A stretch of DNA of 64,000 bases from Eledone cirrhosa (lineage: Eukaryota): the NCBI GenBank assembly GCA_964016885.1, contig OZ024740.1, forward strand, positions 347,014,001-347,078,000, written 5' to 3'. Position numbers and translations under genes: made by a program. The stretch's first letter is position 1. Each line of letters starts with the position of its first letter. Positions 53,809 through 64,000 of the stretch are shown here, in pieces. The notes beneath the pieces were generated by a model. It had not been told where the DNA came from. It saw only the letters and a list, made by a program, of their open reading frames with translations, and did not search any database.

Positions 53809-54300
53809 TATATATATATATATATATAGGTAAGTTATTCCGGATTGAATCAGAGGTAACCATAGTAAGTAACATTTAAAGTAAGTGAGACTGTCACTAC
53901 TCTAAAACAATAGTGTAAGGTCTTCGAAATGCTTTTAATTAAGCATACAGTGTATTGCAAAATACACTATTTATGCATTCATATATATATCGCTATTTCA
54001 GAGCACCAATTCTAATTTTCATTTTCTTCTTGACCGGCAACCGCTCTGTATAATTAGTTCCTGATTATTACTAGAATTCTATAAGAATCAAACATTCATG
54101 ATTTTCAGCAAACAGGTGGATTACTTAGCTTTGATAAGTACGAAAAAAGTAAGAGACAGAGCTCTGACAGCTTTATCTCCCCTGTTTGCTGAAAATTTAA
54201 AGTAAGTGAGACTGGCACTACTCTAAAACAATAGCGTAAGATCTTGGAAATACTTTTAATTAAGCATACAGTGTATTGCAAAATACACTATATATACATT

Positions 54301-54428
<128 letters not shown>

Positions 54429-54659
54429 GTAATACTGTTAACTTCTCGCTACAACAATTTCTATACTTTTCATTTATATATATATATATATGTGTGTGTG
54501 TTTATGGACAGTTATATATGTTTATATTACATCTTTATGGACAGTTTTTCGCCATACATTTTCACTTCGTTTAGTGTTAACTACGTATTTCTGGCACTAT
54601 TTCGCCAAGGAATATATTGGCAATGCACATTACATTGATCAGTACTTTTTCTTTCTGTC

Positions 54660-56330
54660 TTATTTTGATAAATCTAATAATTAAAGTTTTAGCATGATAT
54701 AATTCATACTTTAGATCAGAATAGAAAAACCATGTATGTATATTTTATAGACTTCAAGAAAATATAAATATATACTCAATATATAAAATAAAAAATGCGA
54801 GTGAAAACATTCTAAACAAAATGAACATATTAAACGAAAACTTCATTAAAAGAATTTTATTTCTATAATTATGATATTTTATTCTTATAAACCATTTAAA
54901 TCAAATACTTATAAATAAATAACAATCATTTTTTTTATGTTTCTTCTCATAATATTCGTACAGTTATTTCAGTAATGATGATAAAATATTTTTCGTTATA
55001 GATTTTTATTCAGTATTTCGTTATAATGTTTCTTTTATTGTTTTTTTTTTTGTTTTTTTAAATGTCTTCTTTGGTGTCAATGAAAATCATCTAAGCATGA
55101 AAGAATTCATTAAAAAAATAATTAGATTTCACTCTAAAAATCTTGTGTCTCCGAAATATTTTTTCATAAATACTGAAAGGATATTAAAAATGTTTCATTA
55201 ACATTTGAAAAACATTAATAGGGAACTTTCGTTTTCTAATTGGAGTTGTTTGCTTGATATATTATTACATGTTTTTAGTTATTCTTTGGTGTTTATTAGA
55301 TTGAAGTACGTTTTTAGGATCATGTATACAATATGCTGCTTTCTCTGAAATCCTATTGCTCTGTGTTTATGTTGGGATGCGTTCCAATGAATGTGTGTGT
55401 ATATATAAAATTCAAATATATAGTGTATTAGAAGAACTTCTTTCTTGCGTAAATATATTACTGGAAGAAAACCCAATCATGTTAAGAAGGCGACAACTCT
55501 GATTAACAAATATGGGAGGTAATGAGAACAGATAACTCAAGAAATTGTATGTAACGTTATTATAAACGGTGGCATATACATAATTATGAGAAAGAAGCAA
55601 TTTTAAATTGCTGATATTTTATTCATATATTTTACTTCTTCTAAATAAACACTAATATAACGCCACCGTCTCCATATGCCTTGCTGTTTTATATTTCTTT
55701 CATAATTTTGAATATAATGATTACAAATTGTTTATTTTACTTTCTGTCACCTAAATACACATATGCATATATAAATTTCAGCCAATATGTCAATGCATAT
55801 ATACATGGGAATAAGGCACCTTTATCTTTACTTTATGGAGGAGGCAATACCGTATGTATTGAGTCAAAACATCTCCAAACACCAATATGTTACTTACTCC
55901 GAAAATATATTTCTGCACCCTAACACCATGCAGCATCATGCGAACTTTACCGATCATATTTCTGTTCAACACATTAATGTCCTAAACGAAGAAAATATAT
56001 CCAAGAAGAGGTCCATCATATGATAGGCCTGGAGTAAGTAGGTTTTAACAATATCCTTTAGTCGAAAATGGTTTAGTCAATCTACATTCAGTAACCCATA
56101 CAACACGTTGAAACTGTCGGTTTCAGTCGGAAATCTTGGTCTTAAATAACCACAATATACATATTTTTAATTTACGATTTAATATACCACTACACAGAGG
56201 AACTCGCTGTTATGCATATTAGAGTTAAAGAAACCTTTAAACAGAACTTATTGACAGATCACTACGCTTAGACTTATATAAACAGACGCATAATTTATTT
56301 CATTGAAATTGTTCTAAAAATTACCTTTAT
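54660..56330 (-). pseudogene. Highly decayed Polinton/Maverick (adintovirus-like) protein-primed DNA polymerase B relic
   Basis: Ordered rc motifs: TPGLSYD (~56020); KKEVLLIHYIFEFYI...KHRAIGFQ...LKTYFNLINTK (55279-55476); GFSIL.L (~54725). Confidence 0.55.
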
Positions 56331-57499
56331 GTTGCCTTGCCTGCGGGATTTTAAACTTAGGAGTAGATTTGTGCCTAGATTTCATCTCTTGAGAGTTGAA
56401 GTCTCTAAAACAATCATAAATCATATTCTGATAGTTTCTTCCTTCGCACATCTCCAAAGTGAAGTCTCTTCCGGCTTTTGCTTTCCTGGCTCCTACAATT
56501 TACAAAGATTTCAAAGTAATATTAATCATCATCTTCACTCTCCTTGAATTATGTTCTCTCTGCCTTGCCCTTTTCACTTCTCTGATTTTGGGGGTATGAA
56601 AGGATAGAAATCGCTACGCAAATTTGGTTGAGACCAGATCACCGGTAAAAAGTGTTTCACCTGGTCAATTTTCCCTGGAGAGGAAATCTGAAAAGATGCA
56701 CTGACATAAAATTCGGATGAAGATAGCAAATTCTAATTTTGCTCAAGTGATGTACGACAGCGGTTGCTCGGCGTCATATTTTGAATAGGAGAAGAGATTA
56801 TTTTGCATTTTTTAAAGAAACCATATGCATTTTGTTAACAGGTATATATACTGGAAGTCTGGTTTCATATAGGAATATTAATGCATTTATTTTTTATATA
56901 TTGGTGAGATTGAATGTCGGAAGTGGTCTTCTGGCTTTTCAGCCGGTTTAATGACAATGTCATCCCGGGTTTGGAGGAGGCGGATGGTCGTGTTCCACAC
57001 GAAGGCTTCTACTGAAATCAAAGCAGGTCATTGCACTGTGAAAGCCATCCACAAATGTATCCAGGTTGCTGAACTGGCTGGTAGCTGGCGTCCATCGTGA
57101 TGGTCATCGGTCCAGCTTCGAAAAGCTGCCCGCGTCATATGGTGCGGGTGAAATGCCATGGAAGTGCGTCGGTAGAATAGTGCCGGGCAAGAATATCTAG
57201 ATGTCGGAACTCTTTGTTGGTTTTTATATGTGAAACGAAACGCAGACCTCGCGTGTGTGTGGGGGGGGGGGTGCTTGTGCGTATGTGTGCGTGTGCGTGC
57301 GTGCACGTGTGTGTACAAATTGTTTTCGAAAATTATTCATAATCATCTAATTAATTTCTGTACAAATCAAAAATACACTTCTTGACAGTATTCCCACAAT
57401 TTCTCAAAGACCTGCTATTGTGTGAATATTTGCTAGGCTGTATTACATTTCGGGGGCACACTGTTCAGCAGCTAGCTTTGACTCGGCAGTCTTCCTATA

Positions 57500-57961
57500 T
57501 TTCTTTGTCAGACACATAGCATAGACTTTATGTCTAAAATCCAAACTTGCTATCTTCAAAATGAAATTTACGACAACCCCTACATATGGTTAGAAATCTT
57601 CAGACAGAGTACGATCGCGAATACAAGCGGCCGAAATGGATTTTCTCCGAAGGGCCTGTGTAGTAACGTTACTCGATAGAATGCGCAACTCGGAGATCAG
57701 AGAGTCGCTTCAGATACAGCCGCTACATCTCCGAATTGAGTAATCACAGCTCTGTACAAAGGGCATGTGATTAGAATGTCTCAAAAAATATTCGCTAGGC
57801 AGATTCTACGGATCAGTTGGATACGTTTGCTTCTGACAGGACCCGCTGGAAGGGGTGTTTGTGGACTTTGCACCCACGACCATCCCAGGAAGAAGAAGAA
57901 GAAGAAGAAGAAGAAGAAGAAGAAGAAGAAGAAGAAGAAGAAGAAGAAGAAGAAGAAGAAG

Positions 57962-57991
<30 letters not shown>
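57500..57991 (+). mobile_element. RTE-clade LINE 3' fragment with (GAA)n tail
   Basis: RVRSRIQAAEMDFLRRAC.VTLLDRMRNSEIRESLQIQPL...GHVIRM...FARQIL. Confidence 0.85.
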
Positions 57992-57992
<1 letters not shown>

Positions 57993-58252
57993 TAATGTAC
58001 AAAGCAATTTCACTTTGAGTAGCCATTCAATGTTTTATTCTAATTTGTGGTGTTGAATATATTCTAAAAGTGTTGGCGTATGTACGTGTGTATATGTGCG
58101 AGTTTATGTATATATATATGTGTGGGTGTGTGGGTGTATAATATATATATATACATTAAATATATATTTATACATTTTTTTTTCTAAGAGATGTCAACAT
58201 GAATGGACCTGTTATTTTTATCTAAAGACATGTTTTCCAATTCCACCCCGCC

Positions 58253-58286
58253 CTTCTAATGAAGGATTAGTATCCGAAACGTTAAG
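58253..58286 (+). ncRNA. Degenerate minimal hammerhead (G5A)
   Basis: ctt CTAATGA agga-ttagta-tcc GAAA cg TT aag; host repeat 58186-58370 has a paralogue at 38813-39030 that retains ctgatg. Confidence 0.5.
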
Positions 58287-58715
58287 ACACTCTTCCTGTA
58301 ATCTCAAGTGTTAACCTAATATATTCCTTCCATATACTCTACCGATTGTGTTGTTATTTCGGTTTACTTTTACATTACAATACAATACGAGGAAATATAA
58401 TAGTACAACTGATTATGATGCAGATGTGCGACGAAAGAAATTTGGTAGACCATATATATATATATATATATATATATAAATGTTTAACCGCTGGTCAATC
58501 AATGATAAACATTGATTGCAAAATAAATTAACTATGGAGATATACAAGATAGAGAAGCGAAAACCAACCAAACAGTGCATGTGTTTGTTATTATTTCTGG
58601 CACTATTATAACAATATGAACCTCTCCAAGTATAACAATATTCGTTTCGACACACGAGTTCATATCAAAAACCTTGCATAACAAATATATATCTATCTCT
58701 CCCTCTCTCTCTCAT

Positions 58716-58784
<69 letters not shown>

Positions 58785-58807
58785 AGTTCTAGTCCTGTAG
58801 AATCTCT

Positions 58808-58886
<79 letters not shown>

Positions 58887-59079
58887 GGAAGTACAGCATA
58901 GTCGAAGCTCGAGCCGCAGCTAAGCCAACGAATGCAATCAGAAGTGCAGCCAAGCACTCGATAAGGTATAAAATCTTAGAGTAATAACATTCCGTTTAAA
59001 GGGCTTTCAAATTGAAGATAGCGACCGGTAATTCAGCCGTGGGGACTGTAGCAACGAAAGAACTGACTCGCGAGAAATA

Positions 59080-59159
<80 letters not shown>

Positions 59160-59164
<5 letters not shown>

Positions 59165-59241
59165 CAAAAGGTGGTCAAGAAGGCATTAACCACTCAAGCC
59201 AAAAACCAAATCAAGCTAAACAGGTCAAAACAAAATAAACG

Positions 59242-59303
<62 letters not shown>

Positions 59304-59386
59304 CATTTATTTTGTTTGACCTGTTTAGCTTGATTTGGTTTTTGGCTTGAGTGGTTAATGCCTTCTTGAGCACCTTTTGAGTTTTG
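59160..59386. repeat. Palindrome whose axis is a (TA)n tract
   Basis: 59160-59248 is the reverse complement of 59296-59386. Confidence 0.9.
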
Positions 59387-59655
59387 TATGGCTTCTTAAT
59401 ACATTGTTTAGCTCTGCTGTTTAACTATTAAGCACTTTGCCAGTATCATTTCTGATTTTTGCGTTTCGCTTCGCTTTTACTGCCCGCCGAAATGCGATTC
59501 TCGCTGAATCTTTATTTGTATATATATATATATATATATATAATAAACCTGGACCATCATTTCAATATTTTGCAATATCTCCGTTAGGTTTCTGTAAATC
59601 CGAAATCTACACAATCCTCTTGCGGTGTATGCAAGTTGTTGGTTTAGGAAGATCG

Positions 59656-59713
<58 letters not shown>

Positions 59714-59934
59714 ATAATATATGTTATAATATATATATATATATATATATATGTTATAATATATGTTATAATATATATATATATATATATATATAAAACG
59801 AAGGAGGTGTGGCAAGGAACCAAGTGGACCATAATGCACCAAAGTACTCGATATTTAGGGTAGTAGAGTGGGTAATAGGAAAAGAGTCAGGCAAGTGTCA
59901 GGTTCTGACTCTTTTCCTATATATATGATTTTAT

Positions 59935-60100
59935 TCTAGTTTCAGAAGATCCCGTTAAGGGTTGAAGCAGCGATTCTTTGCTTAAACTTTAATCTGTTAT
60001 TTTAATAAATACTTGCTCTACGGTTCTTATATATTTGATATATATTTATTGTTATCGAGCCATCTTTGGATTTTAGTCTTCAAATTTATTATTATTACTA
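59935..60100 (+). mobile_element. Family H1 copy with degenerate hammerhead
   Basis: agttt CAGAAGA tcccgttaagggt TGAA gcagcgattctttgc TT aaact plus the shared 3' tail. Confidence 0.7.
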
Positions 60101-60521
60101 TATATAAATATATATATATCCCCTCTACCACCCCTCTGACCCCTCCCCATCCATACACGCACACACACACTGACCTACACCACACCCCACACACACCTTT
60201 TCCTGAACATGCAACCACTTTCTTCTCCCATCTCTCACATTCACATACACACACACATACGTACACCTACACACACACACTACCTTCAGCCCTCCCCTCT
60301 CGGACACCGCACCTCCCTCTCTCCACTCTACCCGCCCCCACCACCCATACACGCTCCACACCCTTCCACCACTTGTTTAACTTCATGTTTATTTTTATTT
60401 TTATTTTTATTATGCTTTTATATTTATTTTCATTTGTACCGTTTCCTCTCACCTCCTTTTTTCTAAATGTCTCTCCTCCACTCCCCTACTCACCCTTTGA
60501 ACTCTCTTCCCACACACTTTT

Positions 60522-60555
60522 CGCCTGAAGAAGGGCTTATGCCCGAAACGTCGTT
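60522..60555 (+). ncRNA. Minimal hammerhead motif (PLE type)
   Basis: CTGAAGA a-gggc-ttat-gccc GAAA cg TC; weak stem I; downstream 60566-60645 has a reverse-complement copy at 6982-7062. Confidence 0.7.
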
Positions 60556-60645
60556 CCCCACCATCACCCCACTCTCAAGAGCGTGAAACTAATAAACCTT
60601 TGTTCGTACTGCCTCTCTGTTTTGTTCCCGTTCAATTTTTCACTA

Positions 60646-60689
<44 letters not shown>

Positions 60690-60690
<1 letters not shown>

Positions 60691-60905
60691 ACATGAGAAG
60701 AATGAATACTGCGTGGTTGCACATGGGTTACATATGATAAAAATAGTCCTTCATCAGTGATTTTCCAACCTTCATTGGTATTTCATCGCTTTAAAAATCA
60801 TATACCCCCAGTGGGTGCGAGCAATAGCTAAATAAAGCTATTGGGACAAGTACATCGCGTAAAGCGAGCGAGACATGTAAACAAACATAGAAGGATAGCA
60901 TCGCA
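60690..60905 (-). mobile_element. Family T partial copy
   Basis: Reverse complement of ~3330-3530. Confidence 0.75.
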
Positions 60906-60923
60906 AAAAAAAATATATATATA

Positions 60924-61043
<120 letters not shown>

Positions 61044-61078
61044 GTTTGTAATTTCTGAACATTCACTGTAAAAGGTAT

Positions 61079-61109
<31 letters not shown>

Positions 61110-61519
61110 CCGTTTACAGTGAATGTTCAGAAATTACAAAATAGTAGTCATATCTGGTATATATGTATATATATATATAACAGATATGACTACCTCTTTG
61201 TAATTTCTGAACATTCACTGTAAAAAGTATGAAGTGTGATGTGTAAATACGTTCAACTATTTTTAAACCTATTAATAAATATCTTAAATAACGTTGTATA
61301 ATTTTTATTTTCCGTAAAACGATAAAATAATGCATTTACGAAGGCATATATTCTTTTCTTAAGTATTTTTGTTTTACATGCATTCGTTGTTCTCATATTA
61401 CATTTTAAAATTCGATCTTATGAGAGAAATTTTTCAGCCTTTTCGGTTATATTAACTAACCATCATCATATAGATATATATACGTACTTACATACACAGA
61501 CACACAGATACATATATAA

Positions 61520-61610
<91 letters not shown>

Positions 61611-61687
61611 AATATCTATACATATATATAATCTATATGTGCGCGTAGAAATTGTAATGTGTATATATAAACATACACCTATAATGA

Positions 61688-61724
<37 letters not shown>

Positions 61725-62663
61725 CATACATACATATATATATACATCTATAAAGGTAAACATTGTCTCATACGTATATACACACACACCACATCAACAC
61801 AGATATATGTTGTTTATATGTGAAGTATTTAAATCTTAATAAGCTGCTATATCTGTAATTGAATTTAAAATATTATCAATCTTTGAAATTCGATAGCTTT
61901 ATCGTTAACTATTATCAAGTGAATTCTTTTAAATAACTGTTTCATATTAAGTCCAACCATATATTAACTTGTTTCTTCATACACACTCATATAAATATAT
62001 ACACCTATACACACATGCACAATATACATTTATACACTTATACACACACGCGCACCCACATGCACACATTCGCTCATGTATATAAATATATATATATATA
62101 TGTGTGTGTCTGTGTGTGTGTGTGTGTGTACGCTGATGTTTACAGACATTGATGTGCGCATGCATACATATGTTTAATATACCTATGTGTTCATACATAA
62201 GCCGCAGAACGTGAGAGATTTGAACATTATTTTTAATTTAATTTTCTCAAACTGACTTCCATCATGCCATCATCCTATCAACTATTCTCTTAAGTGGTAC
62301 ATCAAAATTATATTATATATAGAATAATGACAAAAAAAACGTTACTCAATTACGAATATATGTTCTTTGACTTTTTATGCTTTCTTATCTGTAATTTTAT
62401 TTAAAAGTCATTTATTTCGTTTGAAATCTTTTAAAAGTAACAAATCCGATTTCTTCAGCACAACACACGTACCTACAGTTATCAAAATGCAATTATAGAA
62501 ATAAAATTGTATATGACTATTTCGTTTTAAACAAAAGAAGTGAAATGGGAAATTTTATCCTACTGTTGTTACTTTCATCCTGTTATTTTATTTAACCCAT
62601 ATAAAAGATATATTATAAGATTGAGGTATATTATATAATTATTGTGAATTGGCAGCGAATTGG

Positions 62664-62851
62664 CGGTGATTTGGCAGTATCGGTAGAGGGTCGGACGCCA
62701 TGCTTTGACGCATCGAGTTACGACCCTTGCCATTCTGAGTTCAAATCCCGCCCAGGTTAACTTTGCCTTTCATCCTTACGGGGTCGATAAAATAAAGTAC
62801 CAGTAATGTAATGGTTAATTGCTGGCCTTGCGTCAAAAGTAGAAACAATTA
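62664..62851 (+). mobile_element. SINE family A
   Basis: Full-length match. Confidence 0.92.
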
Positions 62852-63289
62852 TATATTTATTGTTAATAGCAGTATTACAATGAGTAATATTTCTATTGCT
62901 ATTATTTTTGTAGTAGTATTAGTAGTATTATTAGTAGTGGTGGTGGTGTGGGGGGGGGGGGGTTGCTGGTGGTAGTAGTATTGCGAATGCGTTAAATTGA
63001 TTCTCGTAATTCAAATAAATATTTACTCTGTTGCTATGTTTTCATAATAAATTAAATCCCGAACCATATTTTTACCAAGAGCCCAAAGAAACACATAAGT
63101 ACCACGTGTATCCATAAGCTCGTTTCTATTAAGCATCTCCCTTTCTTCAATCATGGGGCGTTCCAAGTACTAGTCCTATTCAAATCAACACTAATAATAC
63201 TTTCAAATCTGAATCCATGTTTGAACTCTGTATATCGGAAGATATTTCCTTGCGACCATACATAAATAAGAGATCATTCTAATCACCAA

Positions 63290-63870
63290 ATTTACTATTT
63301 TGTTTTAGCATGTACCCCAAATCAGCACATAAAATTAAATGTGAGACCAACCGATGTCATGGATGTTATTCAACCATCTTTCTCGGATCTCCCCCTGTAA
63401 AATTTGCTCAGAGATTCTTTCCTGAGACATTCTAACCCCATGACCATAGTATCTGAGTTATGATCACTCAGTTCAGAAAAGTAGCGGCTCTACCTGGACG
63501 AGCTCTCTGAAATGGAAGGAACACACTCTATCGAGTAACGTTACTCCGAGGACCCTTTGGAGGAACCGCATTTAGGCCACTTGCATTCACGATCGTATTC
63601 TTTCGATCATTACTTGAGATTCATATTATTGGATAAGGGTTGACACTAATATACGTTTGAAGATAGCGAGTTTGGTTTTTACGCCTATCTATTTTCTTCT
63701 CATTACCGAATGCTGAAGCTGGCGCCTTACTGCACAAATCCAGTAATTTTTGCCCTTAATTCAGTCTCCTGCCTTTCGTCACTTGTGAACATTGCCTCGA
63801 CATACTTGAACTCCTCCATCTGCTTCAATGAACTCCATTCACATGTTATTTCCTTCATAGGTTGACATTT
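63290..63870 (-). mobile_element. RTE-clade LINE fragment
   Basis: rc: LKQMEEFKYVEAMFTSDERQETEL...RIRS*MQVA*MRFLQRVLGVTLLDRV; paralogous to 57500-57800. Confidence 0.8.
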
Positions 63871-64000
63871 ATATATACATTTACACTATATATGCAACAA
63901 CAAATATTGCATCGCCTACGTATTGATTTCTTTTTCTTTTTGTACTCATGAATCCCGTTTTTATAACTACTGCTGTTAACTAGGAATAGGAGCTACATTC

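Noticed and set aside
56940-57200. GC-richer segment possibly coding (transposase-like)
   Set aside because: No convincing motif in any frame by eye

Overview
Eukaryotic (metazoan) non-genic DNA: very AT-rich and saturated with (TA)n/(CA)n/(ATT)n/(GAA)n microsatellites, with a 200-N gap. The repeat repertoire resembles an octopus/cephalopod genome (inference). No host protein-coding gene can be supported, and almost all ORF-track entries are microsatellite read-throughs. Recognisable elements are a near-full-length Tx1/L1 LINE (intact 673-aa ORF1, disrupted ORF2) inserted in (ATT)n, an R4/Dong-type LINE 3' end, RTE LINE fragments, a 5'-truncated Penelope-like element (RT + GIY-YIG) with an inverted pseudo-LTR, a DD37D/maT-type transposase relic, a Helentron/Lep1-like element, a decayed Polinton-type pPolB and ~16 copies of one tRNA-derived SINE. 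The most striking signal lies in the short non-coding islands between the (TA)n tracts. They belong to many dispersed families, are frequently fold-back palindromes, and together carry about 20 type-I hammerhead-ribozyme motifs read by eye. These include variant cores (compensatory U3-A8, U4C, U4A), palindromic stem-III loops suited to dimeric cleavage, and back-to-back ribozymes on opposite strands. This points to a multi-family system of (TA)n-targeting, ribozyme-bearing non-autonomous retroelements (Penelope pLTR/retrozyme-like). All alignments and folds were done by eye; coordinates are approximate to a few nt.
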